Assembly: GCA_963799485.1 (NCBI GenBank)
Contig: CAWCXJ010000008.1
Location: forward strand, 64,001-128,000
Direction: 5' to 3'
From: an uncultured Trueperaceae bacterium
Lineage (GTDB): Bacteria > Deinococcota > Deinococci > Deinococcales > Trueperaceae
DNA length: 64,000 nucleotides
In this document: positions 1 to 9,763 of the stretch, in pieces
Layout of the letters: each line of letters starts with the position of its first letter
How positions within the stretch are numbered: position 1 is the first letter of the stretch
Position numbers and translations under genes: made by a program
The notes under the pieces: generated by a model
Seen by the model: only the letters and a program-made list of their open reading frames with translations
Database searches by the model: none
Told to the model about the DNA's origin: nothing

Positions 1-2
1 AG

Positions 3-794
3 GCCGACCTGCGTAAAGCCGTCGAGCAAGGTGCGTTCGAGGTTCACTACCAGCCTATCGTCACTGCCGAGGCGGGCCGAACCACCGGGTTCGAGGCGCT
101 CGTACGCTGGCAACACCCGGTTCACGGCCCCATCTCGCCGTCCGAATTCATCCCGCTAGCCGAAGAGACCGGGCTCGTCATTCAACTCGACCGCTGGGTT
201 TTACGCGAAGCGTGCGCGCAGGTCGCGGCGTGGCAAAAGCTTCCGGGCAGAGCGGCTTTAACGCTCAACGTCAACCTCTCGAGCCAGCAGTTTCTCCGCA
301 CCGACCTCGTTGCCCATATCGAAGCGGTACTCGAGCAAACGGGCCTCGGCGCTGAGAGTTTACGGCTCGAGCTGACCGAGTCTGTCATGATGAGTTCGTC
401 GGCAGCGGTGCGGGACAACATCACGCGCCTTAAAGCGCGCGGCATTCAGCTTCATATCGACGACTTCGGTACCGGTTATTCGTCGCTTTCTTATTTGCAA
501 CACCTGCCGACCGACACCCTCAAAATCGACCGCTCGTTTATCGACCGGCTCGGCGCGAGCCGTGAAGGTGAAGAGCTTGTCCGCACCATCGTTTTGATGG
601 CGCACAATCTGGGGATGAAGGTAGTTGCCGAAGGGGTAGAAACCGAGGCGCAGCTCGAGCTGCTCACCTCGCTCGGGTGCGAATACGTGCAGGGTTACCT
701 GCTTTCCAAACCCCTTAAAGCCGAGGACGCCGACCTCTTTATGACCCTTGGAAAAGAGCTTCGCGCGCGCGTGGCAAAAACTATCACCGTGTGA
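3..794 (+). CDS. EAL-domain c-di-GMP phosphodiesterase (5'-truncated by window edge)
   Basis: Frame open from base 3: ADLRKAVEQGAFEVHYQPIV...GFEALVRW...LELTES...IDDFGTGYSSLSYL...KIDRSF...VVAEGVE...QGYL. Confidence 0.93.
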   Translation, partial: ADLRKAVEQGAFEVHYQPIVTAEAGRTTGFEALVRWQHPVHGPISPSEFIPLAEETGLVIQLDRWVLREACAQVAAWQKLPGRAALTLNVNLSSQQFLRTDLVAHIEAVLEQTGLGAESLRLELTESVMMSSSAAVRDNITRLKARGIQLHIDDFGTGYSSLSYLQHLPTDTLKIDRSFIDRLGASREGEELVRTIVLMAHNLGMKVVAEGVETEAQLELLTSLGCEYVQGYLLSKPLKAEDADLFMTLGKELRARVAKTITV

Positions 795-805
795 GGCAGC
801 CGAAA

Positions 806-840
806 AAGGCTGCTGTACCCAGTTCGGATGCAGCAGCCTT
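806..840. terminator. Stem-loop between convergent genes, probable bidirectional terminator
   Basis: aaggctgctg...cagcagcctt inverted repeat between the EAL stop (794) and the 873 stop. Confidence 0.55.
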
Positions 841-872
841 ACTTGTAAGCTTTACGGCGTAGGCGGTTTCGT

Positions 873-2627
873 TCAGGTCGCTGCGCCCGGCTCCTCTTTG
901 CCCCCCGAACGTCCCTCTTCGACAAAGTTTTTAATCGACGTAAGCGCTTTAACCAGCCCCTCTTGAATCTGCGCGCGGTTCGGCCCTTCGCTGCCGCCGC
1001 TGTCATCACCCGGCGCGTCGCCTTCTCCGGCGGGCGGGCCACCTGAGAAGGTGAGGTGAACGGTCATCGTCGAGCCCTCTCCCTGTCCGGAAACCTCGAG
1101 CCACCCCGAATAGTACTGTTCGTCTGCGCCCCACTCGATCCGGTGGTTTGCTTCGTCTTTACGGAAAAACCCGTCGGCGTCGTATTCGTGGCCCTGCGCT
1201 TCGCCCTGAACCCGGACCCGTTCACCTTCTTGGGGCTGAGCGCTATGGGTCGTCGGCAGGTATTTGGGCAGGTTTTCGACCTGCGCCATAAAGGCGTAAA
1301 CCTCGTCGGGTGACGCGTTGACGGAAGTGCTGTGCTCAAACTCCTGGACCTCTGCCTGCGTGTCTCCCTCCCCGGTTTGTCCTTCAGAAGCGGTTTGTGT
1401 CTCTCGCACCGCCAACAAGTTTTGCACTCTTGTCACGCCCGAAATGCTTGCGACCGCCTCTTCGGCGGCGCGTCTGGTCTCTTCGCTGTCGACGGTGCCC
1501 TCGAGCAATACCTCACCGTTGTCGATGGTGACTTCAATCAGCGAAGCATCGACCTGTCCATGCTGGGTCAAACGCGAGTAGACCTCTTGCCCGGTTGCGT
1601 CCTCGGTCTCACGGTTTTTCGGCCCGACGCCGGTATAAGGCCCCGGCGTCAGCCAAACCTCGGTGTAAACCAGCTCTACCGGAACATCTACGATGTCTTC
1701 TACCAAAACGTCTTCTATCAAAACGTCTTCTACCAAGCCTGCTGCCGGCATGTCGGAGTCGAAATCCGGCCTCGGTTCCAGGGGTTGTCCGGCCCCGTAC
1801 GACGTGGGCTCGGGTAAACCGCTCGCCTCTACAGGCGCGCTGCTCCCGGCTTCGACTTCGGTCACATAGCCGTCGTAGCGGTCGGCGACTGCGCTTTGTG
1901 CGTCGGCCTGCATTGTGGGTTCGCCCTGCCCGCTTTGGTCTGAGCCGTCCTTATCGGACTTGCCGCGGAGTGCTTGACCGACCAAGAGTGCCGCGCCCGC
2001 GCCTGCTAAAAGCGCACCCGACGCGAGCAGGGCGTTTCTCGCGTCAATTCCGGAGGCGGCTTCTTTGCCCTTCTCGCCGAGGTCTGCAGCCTTTTGCTTG
2101 AGATTGTCTAGGGTGGCCTGTGCGTCCGGGGCGTCGACGACTTCAGCTAGATACTGCACTGTCAGCGTCGGGATATGCTTCGCCAACCAGATCGCCATCT
2201 CTTCTTCGTCACGCAAAATTTGTTGACACGCCGCCACTGTTTCCTGGTCTCCAAGCGCTTCAGCACCGGCAATTAGCGAGTTGTAGCAGGCGATCTCGAA
2301 GTTTTCGGCGGCGTAGTCGCCGAGTGCATTTTTGACCACCGTGTCTTTGGCGGGCAAGTTGGCAATCCCGGTAACCTTGCCCACGGCTGAGCTGACCGTT
2401 TCTTTAAGCGCTGCCGGTTTACCCCCCAAGCGTCCAATGCACCCTTCGACAAGCTCGGCGTGGCGCTGCGTCTCTTCGAGATGCTGCTGAAGCTTCCCGT
2501 GTAATTCCGGGTAGTTCTCGGCTGCCGAAAGGTGGGCTTTCAGGGTTGGCAACGCGCCCACCTCGAGCGCGTGGGCGTCTTTGAGCCACGAAAGTACGGT
2601 TTTTTGCTGCGCTTCTTGCGGTGTCAT
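873..2627 (-). CDS. Multidomain protein: DUF892/YciE ferritin-like domain + TM/acidic linker + BON domain + SRPBCC domain
   Basis: N-term WLKDAHALE...HLEETQRHAELVEGC...ENFEIACYNSL...EEEMA (YciE-type); hydrophobic ALLASGALLAGAGAALLVG; BON-like IEVTIDNGEVLLEGTVDS...VASISGVTRVQNLL; C-term SRPBCC-like FEHSTSVNASPDEVYAF...NLPKYLP. Confidence 0.8.
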   Translation of the reverse strand: MTPQEAQQKTVLSWLKDAHALEVGALPTLKAHLSAAENYPELHGKLQQHLEETQRHAELVEGCIGRLGGKPAALKETVSSAVGKVTGIANLPAKDTVVKNALGDYAAENFEIACYNSLIAGAEALGDQETVAACQQILRDEEEMAIWLAKHIPTLTVQYLAEVVDAPDAQATLDNLKQKAADLGEKGKEAASGIDARNALLASGALLAGAGAALLVGQALRGKSDKDGSDQSGQGEPTMQADAQSAVADRYDGYVTEVEAGSSAPVEASGLPEPTSYGAGQPLEPRPDFDSDMPAAGLVEDVLIEDVLVEDIVDVPVELVYTEVWLTPGPYTGVGPKNRETEDATGQEVYSRLTQHGQVDASLIEVTIDNGEVLLEGTVDSEETRRAAEEAVASISGVTRVQNLLAVRETQTASEGQTGEGDTQAEVQEFEHSTSVNASPDEVYAFMAQVENLPKYLPTTHSAQPQEGERVRVQGEAQGHEYDADGFFRKDEANHRIEWGADEQYYSGWLEVSGQGEGSTMTVHLTFSGGPPAGEGDAPGDDSGGSEGPNRAQIQEGLVKALTSIKNFVEEGRSGGKEEPGAAT

Positions 2628-2926
2628 AAATCCCCCTAAGGAACGAAATCCGGTTTACGGTGTGACCTTGCACAACACACTTTCAGCGACCTTATCAGCG
2701 ACGCTCGAGACGATGTTGAGCTGATTATGGCGTTCGCGTTGTCCGCTGACGTGGTGCTCCGATACGGTTTTGCTTGCGCTCGGCTGCTGACACCACCAAA
2801 AGCTGACACCACTAAAAAACGACCCTTGCAGGATTTTCCCCTCGGACTGTGCGATATACCTAAAACGCTTCTCCGGGCCGGGGACTATCTTGATTGGCGG
2901 AGCAAAAGACTTCTGGGGAGGGGAAT

Positions 2927-3817
2927 ATGTTTTATCACGACGGCAAGTTGCAATACAAAGTCGAGGTCACGACGCCTAGTCCGGTTTTCGCCAACATGCT
3001 GCAGCAGGCGATTGGCGGCATCGAAGGGGAGATGCGCGTCGCTCTGCAGTACCTGTTTCAGGCGTGGAACGCGCGCGGGCCGAAAAAGTACCGCGACATG
3101 CTCTTAGAGACCGGCACCGAGGAGCTCGCACATATCGAGATGCTGGCAACGGCGGTGGCCCTAAACCTCGAGGGGGCCGCACCGGCCCTCAAGGAACAAG
3201 CCGCCAAAGACAACCCGGCGGTCGCCGCCGTACTCGGCGGGATGAACCCGCGCCACTACCTTTCAGCGGGTTTGGGCGCGATGCCCGTTGACAGCAGCGG
3301 CGTTCCTTTTACGGGCGCGTTTGTAGTCGGGAGTGGCAACATCGCCGCCGACATGTACGCCAATGTGATGGCGGAATCGACGGGGCGGGCGCTCGCCACA
3401 CGGCTTTACAACTACACCGACGACCCCGGCATGAAAGACATGCTCTCGTTTTTGATCGCCCGCGACACCATGCACCAGCAGCAGTGGTTGGCGGTGTTGG
3501 AAGAACTCGGCGGCTATGAGGGCACACTGCCGATTCCCAACTCGTTTCCGCAGGAGCAGGAGAACAGCGATTACAACTACGTCTTTTTGTCCACCGCCAA
3601 AGACGGTCAGCCGCTTACCAATGGGCGCTGGACAGAAGGCCCGTCTTTGGACGGTAACGCCGAATACAGCCAGCGGGTCGCCGAACCCGTCGGCGGGGAG
3701 CCGAAGCTTGCGCCGCCCGTACCGGGGGCTTACGCGCAAACCGAGCAGGGGAGCCAGCTCGAAGGGGACAAGCCAATCACCAAACGTATTACCGATACCA
3801 TTACCGGTAAGGAATAA
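2927..3817 (+). CDS. Manganese catalase family protein
   Basis: MFYHDGKLQY...GGIEGEMRVALQYLFQ...TEELAHIEM...FLIARDTMHQQQW; GGGGAGGGG RBS before ATG 2927. Confidence 0.92.
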   Translation: MFYHDGKLQYKVEVTTPSPVFANMLQQAIGGIEGEMRVALQYLFQAWNARGPKKYRDMLLETGTEELAHIEMLATAVALNLEGAAPALKEQAAKDNPAVAAVLGGMNPRHYLSAGLGAMPVDSSGVPFTGAFVVGSGNIAADMYANVMAESTGRALATRLYNYTDDPGMKDMLSFLIARDTMHQQQWLAVLEELGGYEGTLPIPNSFPQEQENSDYNYVFLSTAKDGQPLTNGRWTEGPSLDGNAEYSQRVAEPVGGEPKLAPPVPGAYAQTEQGSQLEGDKPITKRITDTITGKE

Positions 3818-3899
3818 AGTTTCTATCGAGGCAAGAGGCCCCGGCATGTGTTGGGGCCTTTACTGTACCGAACACCTCAGCATCAGAACGGGGAGGTTT

Positions 3900-5400
3900 A
3901 TGGCACGGACTTCAGATACAGGCCGAGATGACGCTACGCACGAAATCGCGCCGGACTTGGCCTACAAACGCCTGGGCATCGTCAACATCGTCTTTTACGG
4001 CGTCGCCAACGGAGACTGGGTGCTCGTTGACGCGGGGCTACCCGGAACTGCCGGGGTTATCCGCAAAGCTGCCGCAAAACGTTTCGGCGAAGGCGTCAAA
4101 CCGAAAGCCATCATCTTGACCCACGGGCATTTTGACCATGTCGGGGCGCTCCGTGAACTCGCTGAAGGCTGGGACGTGCCGATTTATGCCCACGAACTCG
4201 AGCATCCCTACTTAAACGGCGCTTCTGCCTATCCGCCGCCCGACCCGTCGGTCGGTGGCGGCCTGATGGCGCGGATGTCGGGTGTGTACCCGAAAGGTCC
4301 GGTTGACGTGAGCCGCTGGCTTAGGGTGCTCCCGGAAGGCGGCAGCGTTCCGGAAATGCCGGGCTGGCGCTGGTTGCACACGCCCGGTCACAGTCCCGGA
4401 CACGTGTCTTTGTGGCGCGATACCGACCGTTTGCTGGTCGCCGGCGACGCGTTCGTGACGACCAAAGCCGAATCGGTTTATGCGGTCGCGGTGCAAAAAC
4501 CGGGAGTCCACGGCCCGCCCAGGTACTACACGCCCGATTGGGCGTCGGCTGAGGCGTCGGCGAGAGAGCTGGCCGGGCTCGAGCCCGAAACCGTCTATCA
4601 GCGGACATGGCCCGGCGCTGCAAGGTGCCGAGCTGCGCCGGGATTTGCACGTCCTGGCCGCCGACTTCAAACGCCTCGCGGTACCGTCACACGGTCGTTA
4701 CGTCGGCGCGCCCGCACGGGCCGACCTGCGCGGGACGCGTTACGTGCCGCCGAAAAAGGGGTCGTCCAACGTTGCGCTCGTCGGTACGGTTGCTGTACTC
4801 GCCGGGGGCTGGCTTCTCTACCGAGGGCTTAAAGAGCGCCGCGCCGTAAAAAACAGTGTACACCGTCAGGGCAGGGGGAGCCGGAACGAAGAAGGCGTGC
4901 AGGAGCAAGGCGCGCCCGAAGTCGAGCGCTCTCTCACGGTCGGGCGCTCCGCTGAAGAGCTTTACGGACTCTGGCTCGAGCCCGGTACCTTGCCGAAAAT
5001 CATGAGCCACGTCGCCGCAGTGCGTCACAAAGAGAACAACCAGACGCACTGGCAGCTGAACCTGCCGCTGGGCCGCAGCCTCGAGTGGGACACGCACGTT
5101 ACCGAAGAGCGCAGGGATGAGTTTATTCACTGGGCGTCGCTGGCGGGGGCCGCGCTGCCCAGCGAGGGTTTTGTACGCTTCCGCCCGGCACCGGCTGACC
5201 GGGGAACCGTAGTGACGCTCAGGCTCGAGTTCAGTCCGCCCGGCGGGGCGCTCGGGCGCGCCGCGGCGGAGCAGTTTGCGGCTGTCCCCAAAAACCTGGT
5301 CAGTAAAGCCTTGCGCCGGTTTAAGAGCCTGGCTGAAACAGGCGAGATGCCGACACTCGAGCACAACCCGTCCGCCCGTGGGCGCAGCGATAACGTTTGA
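3900..5400 (+). pseudogene. MBL-fold metallo-hydrolase fused to TM + SRPBCC/cyclase domain, split by a frameshift at ~4596 (or a sequencing error)
   Basis: GGAGG RBS and ATG 3900; THGHFDHVG, HTPGHSPGH and LVAGDA motifs; LEPETV continues as ISGHGPALQG in another frame, then an SRPBCC domain (VERSLTVGRSAEELYGLW...LRRFKSLAETGEMPT). Confidence 0.75.
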
Positions 5401-5427
5401 ACTTCCGGTTTTTCTAGAGGAGACACC

Positions 5428-6594
5428 ATGCGAGCCCTGGTATGGAACGGCGTCAACGACCTGCGGGTCGAAACGGTGCCCGACCCTGAAATCGTCAACC
5501 CGAAAGACGTGATTCTGCGCGTCATCATGTCTACCACGTGCGGTTCAGACCTACACCTGATCGACGGCTTTATCCCCACCATGCGTGAAGGCGACGTTTT
5601 AGGTCACGAGTTTATGGGTGAAGTCGTGGAGGTCGGCAGCGAGGTCAAGCGGATACAAAAGGGCGACCGGGTGGTCGTCCCGTCGTTCGTCTCGTGCGGT
5701 TCGTGCTGGTACTGTCAGAGAGACCTCTACTCGTTGTGCGACAACACCAACCCCAACGCCGAGTTGCAAGAGCCGATCTTGGGGTATCCGACCGCCGGAA
5801 TCTACGGTTACACGCACGCCTTTGGTGGTTACGCGGGTTCGCACGCCACCTACATCCGCGTACCACACGCCGATGTGGACTGTTTTACGGTGCCTGAGGG
5901 TTTACGGGACGAGCAGGCGCTGTTTTTGTCCGACGCCGGCCCGACCGGGTACATGGGCGCGGACTTTTGCAACATCCACCCCGGCGATACGGTCGCGGTG
6001 TGGGGCGCGGGCGGCGTCGGGTTGATGGCGATGAGGAGCGCGTATCTGCTGGGCGCGGAGCGGGTGATTGCGATTGACCGGTTACCGGAACGCCTAAAGA
6101 TGGCTAAAGAACACGCCGGGGCCGAAACGCTCGACTATACGAAAGACAGTGTGCTGGAGGCCCTCAAAGAGCTGACCGGCGGGCGCGGGCCCGATTCGTG
6201 TATCGACGCGGTAGGGATGGAAGCGCACGGCACCGGCGTCGGCTACGCCTACGACCGGGTCAAGCAGGCTTTACGGCTCGAGACCGACCGCGGCACTGCC
6301 CTCCGCGAGGCGATTTTGGCGTGCCGCAAAGGGGGCACCTTGTCGATTCTGGGTGTGTACGGCCTGATGGACAAGTTCCCGGTCGGGGCCGTCATCAACA
6401 AAGGCTTGACGGTGCGGGCCGCGCAGCAACACGGGCAGGCGTACCTGCCGCGCCTCTTGGACCACGCCGTAAAAGGCGAACTCGACGCGTCGTATCTGGC
6501 GACGCACACGCTCCCTTTAGAAGAAGCGCCGCGCGGCTACGAGATGTTTAAGAACAAGGAAGACGGCTGCGTCAGGGCGGTATTTGTTCCCTAA
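5428..6594 (+). CDS. Zinc-dependent alcohol/formaldehyde dehydrogenase (YbdR/FDH-like)
   Basis: CGSDLHL, GHEFMG, CGSCWYC...C structural Zn site, GAGGVG, DAVGMEAH. Confidence 0.9.
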   Translation: MRALVWNGVNDLRVETVPDPEIVNPKDVILRVIMSTTCGSDLHLIDGFIPTMREGDVLGHEFMGEVVEVGSEVKRIQKGDRVVVPSFVSCGSCWYCQRDLYSLCDNTNPNAELQEPILGYPTAGIYGYTHAFGGYAGSHATYIRVPHADVDCFTVPEGLRDEQALFLSDAGPTGYMGADFCNIHPGDTVAVWGAGGVGLMAMRSAYLLGAERVIAIDRLPERLKMAKEHAGAETLDYTKDSVLEALKELTGGRGPDSCIDAVGMEAHGTGVGYAYDRVKQALRLETDRGTALREAILACRKGGTLSILGVYGLMDKFPVGAVINKGLTVRAAQQHGQAYLPRLLDHAVKGELDASYLATHTLPLEEAPRGYEMFKNKEDGCVRAVFVP

Positions 6595-6675
6595 GAGAAA
6601 GGGTCGGCGTATGGTTTTACCTCAGCGGCAGGCGTGAAAAAGCCTGAAACAAGACTCGAGCGGATAAGGGGAAAG

Positions 6676-7689
6676 ATGAGCGTCAAACTCAAAAAGCTAG
6701 ATGAACAAGTGATGGTTATTACCGGGGCAACGTCGGGCATCGGTTTGGCAACGGCGCGGCTGGCAGCGAAGCGCGGCGCGCGTCTGGTTTTGGCAGCCCG
6801 CAACGAGGAGGCGCTTGGAGACCTCGTAACCGAGCTGGAGCAGGGAGGTCACGAAGCTGTTTACGTCGTTTGTGACGTCGGTCAAGAGAGCGACGTTCAA
6901 AAGGTAGCGCAGACGGCGGAGGGGCGTTTCGGCGGCTTCGACACTTGGGTCAACAACGCGGGCGTCGGGATTTTCGGGGCGCTGTTAGACGGCACCACCG
7001 AAGACTACCGTAAACTCTTCGATACGAACTTCTGGGGTCTGGTTTACGGCTCACTGACGGCGGCGCGGGGGCTTAAAGACAAGGGCGGCGCACTGATCAA
7101 TATCGGGTCGGCCTTGTCAGACCGGGCGATTCCGCTACAGGGGATGTACTCGAGCTCGAAGCACGCCGTAAAAGGCTTTACCGAGGCGCTGCGGGTTGAA
7201 CTCGAGGCCGAGAACGCGCCCGTTTCCGTCACACTGATCAAACCTGCAAGTATCGACACGCCGTACCCGCACCACGCCAAAAACTACATGGACGAAGAGC
7301 CGACCCTGCCGCCGCCCGTCTATTCGCCCGGAGTGGTCGCCGAGGCGATTTTGCACTGCGCCGAAACCCCCGAACGCGACATAACCGTCGGGGGTGGTGG
7401 CAAACTGATTTCAGCCGCCGGACGCTACGCGCCGCGCCTGACCGACAAGGGGATGGCGACGCAAGCTTTTTTTGGGCAGCAACGCTCGGGTGACCCGGTG
7501 CAGTACCCCGGTGGGTCACTCCACAGGCCGACTTCGGATTTACAAGAACGCGGCGATTATCAGGGCCGGGTGCGGGGTGGGAGCCTCTACACCAGTTCGG
7601 CGGAGCATCCGCTGGCAACCGCCCTCCTCGTCACCGCTGGACTGACGGCGGCGGCGCTGCTGCTGCGAGGTTCGGTGGGGCGCGACTAG
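6676..7689 (+). CDS. SDR family oxidoreductase with C-terminal hydrophobic tail
   Basis: ITGATSGIG, WVNNAG, YSSSKHA (YxxxK). Confidence 0.9.
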   Translation: MSVKLKKLDEQVMVITGATSGIGLATARLAAKRGARLVLAARNEEALGDLVTELEQGGHEAVYVVCDVGQESDVQKVAQTAEGRFGGFDTWVNNAGVGIFGALLDGTTEDYRKLFDTNFWGLVYGSLTAARGLKDKGGALINIGSALSDRAIPLQGMYSSSKHAVKGFTEALRVELEAENAPVSVTLIKPASIDTPYPHHAKNYMDEEPTLPPPVYSPGVVAEAILHCAETPERDITVGGGGKLISAAGRYAPRLTDKGMATQAFFGQQRSGDPVQYPGGSLHRPTSDLQERGDYQGRVRGGSLYTSSAEHPLATALLVTAGLTAAALLLRGSVGRD

Positions 7690-7723
7690 CCGCAAAGCTC
7701 GAGCGCAGCCCTTATAGTTAAGC

Positions 7724-9040
7724 GTGCCCACCTCGACGCGACGCCGCGCCCTCGGTTACGGCGTCGCCGAAGTCGGCGCGTCGCTCTCGTATAATACCGT
7801 CAACTTCTTCCTGCTCTTTTTCCTCGTGCAAACCGGACTCAGGCCCGGACTTGCAGGCGCGGTGCTGCTCGTGGGCCGCGTGCTCGACGCGCTCGTCGAC
7901 CCGCTGCTGGGCAGTTTAAGCGACGCCGTAAAAGCCCGTTACGGACGGCGTAGCCCTATCATCTTCTGGGGTGCGCTGCCTTTCGGCGCGACGTTTGCGC
8001 TGCTCTGGCTGGTCCCGAACCTGCCTTTGGGCGTACCAGGAACGTTCTGGCTGGCGGCTCTCGCGCTCATCGTTCACGCCTGCGTGTTTACCTTTGTGCA
8101 GACCTCGTATCTGGCGATGACCCCGGAGTTGGCCCCGGAATACGAAGCGCGTACCGTCCTGAGCGGCTACCGCGTCGTGTTTGCCACCGCCGCGTCGCTG
8201 CTCGCGGCTGCCGCGCCGCCGCTTTTGGCCGCGCAGGTCAACGCGTGGGCGGGCTTGGGGGCGGACTCGAGCCTCGGGTGGGGTGTGATGGGTGTTTCGT
8301 TCGGCACGCTGATGAGCGCGTCGTACCTGGTGATGGTCGCAACCGTCGCGGAACCCAAACGCCTCGCCGCCGCTCCGACGGGCGGATTTTGGGCCGGGGC
8401 CGAGGCGGTGCTAAAAGCTCGCGGCTATCCGGCGCTGCTCCTGCTCTTTTCCGCCGCTACGCTCGGGATGGGGACGCTTTCGGCGATGTTGCCCTTTTTT
8501 CTGCTGAGTCGGCTCGAGCTTGCGCCCCTCACGCAAACCGGGCTTTTGGCGCTGCTCTTTATCGTCGCGGCGGCGTCGGTGCCGCTCTGGACGTGGCTCT
8601 CTAAGCGTCTGGGTAAAAAGCGGGCGTTTGCCGCCGGGCTCGCCCTGCTCGTTTTGGGTTTGCCGTCACTCGTTACGCTGTCGCCACCGGGGGCCGTGTC
8701 CGCTGTCTTGGTCTTTTGTACGCTGCTGGTCGGGGCCGGGGTCGGGTCGGTGCTGCTGTTTCCGTGGGCGCTGCTGCCCGACGTGATCGAAGGGGACGCC
8801 GAAAATCAGGAAACGCGGCGCGACGGGCTTTTTTACGCGCTCTTTACGCTCTGTCAGACGGCGGCGTTTGCGTTTGCGGCGGCGCTTTCGGGGGGGGTGC
8901 TCGAGCTGACCGGCTACCGCGCCGGGGCCGCCGTGCAGAGTGCCGGAGCCTTGATGGGGGTGCAAGGTCTTGTCGGCGGCGTAGCGGCAGGATTCTTTTT
9001 GTTGGCACTCGTGCCGCTTTTACGGTATCCGTTTCGCTGA
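7724..9040 (+). CDS. MFS transporter, glycoside-pentoside-hexuronide (MelB-like) family
   Basis: GRVLDALVDPLLGSLSD...YGRR, ~12 hydrophobic segments, LPDVIE...RRDGLFY. Confidence 0.85.
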   Translation: MPTSTRRRALGYGVAEVGASLSYNTVNFFLLFFLVQTGLRPGLAGAVLLVGRVLDALVDPLLGSLSDAVKARYGRRSPIIFWGALPFGATFALLWLVPNLPLGVPGTFWLAALALIVHACVFTFVQTSYLAMTPELAPEYEARTVLSGYRVVFATAASLLAAAAPPLLAAQVNAWAGLGADSSLGWGVMGVSFGTLMSASYLVMVATVAEPKRLAAAPTGGFWAGAEAVLKARGYPALLLLFSAATLGMGTLSAMLPFFLLSRLELAPLTQTGLLALLFIVAAASVPLWTWLSKRLGKKRAFAAGLALLVLGLPSLVTLSPPGAVSAVLVFCTLLVGAGVGSVLLFPWALLPDVIEGDAENQETRRDGLFYALFTLCQTAAFAFAAALSGGVLELTGYRAGAAVQSAGALMGVQGLVGGVAAGFFLLALVPLLRYPFR

Positions 9041-9042
9041 GT

Positions 9043-9756
9043 TTAGGTGAAGTGGAGGTCGGTGCCGTACATGATTAAGCCTAACTTTTTAGCTACGGCC
9101 CTAGACGCCGTGTTTTCCCAGGACGTGCTGTAAAGCGGGATTCGTCCGGTTTTACTGACTTCCAAAGCCCACCCTGCAACAGCTTTTACGGCGTAACCCT
9201 GACCACGAGCTGCTGGAACGGTCTCGAGCCCCGCTTCAGCCGCGCCCGGTGAACGTTCGGGTGAGGTTCTCGAGCTGCAACATACCGACACCGCACGATT
9301 TTCCTGGATTACTGCAACGCAAGGTCGTACGGACTCTAAATCGGCCTTCCACTCGGCAAGATGCGCGTCTAGCAGGTCGGCGTTGGCTTCGGTTATCGTC
9401 ACGGTGCCCGGCACAGTCTGAAGTGCGTCGGGAAACCGGTAAGCAGGCCCAGACCACACAGCTGTAATCGGCCCATGTTGCCGTAAAATCTCTTTGTAAA
9501 CTTCTAGATAAGCAGACTCTTCGCTGAGGGTTCCAGGTTCTTTGGCGACGACTTCTTCTAGCTGTTCTACAACTGTTTGCGGCACATCATCCCGAAACCG
9601 GCAGATGACGCCCTCTTTCGTGCGGCCCAGAAAAAACCTCGGCGCTTCGGGGCGTTCGGCTTCGTTCACGTACAAAAGCCGCTTTGCCCCGTCTTGAACG
9701 AAAAGCGTTTCGGCCTGTAAGGTGAGAAGCTCTAAGTCGCTCAGCATGTCCGTCAT
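9043..9756 (-). CDS. GNAT family acetyltransferase
   Basis: AGLETVPAARGQGYA (acetyl-CoA motif A), LYSTSWENTASRAVAKKLG. Confidence 0.8.
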   Translation of the reverse strand: MTDMLSDLELLTLQAETLFVQDGAKRLLYVNEAERPEAPRFFLGRTKEGVICRFRDDVPQTVVEQLEEVVAKEPGTLSEESAYLEVYKEILRQHGPITAVWSGPAYRFPDALQTVPGTVTITEANADLLDAHLAEWKADLESVRPCVAVIQENRAVSVCCSSRTSPERSPGAAEAGLETVPAARGQGYAVKAVAGWALEVSKTGRIPLYSTSWENTASRAVAKKLGLIMYGTDLHFT

Positions 9757-9763
9757 CTTATTC

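Noticed and set aside
3516..3899. N-terminal extension of the 3516..4832 ORF
   Set aside because: It overlaps the Mn-catalase gene out of frame; the real start is ATG 3900 with a GGAGG RBS.
4590..4600. Programmed ribosomal frameshift in the MBL-SRPBCC gene
   Set aside because: No slippery heptamer or homopolymer at the site; two other single-base indels in the window point to assembly error or decay.
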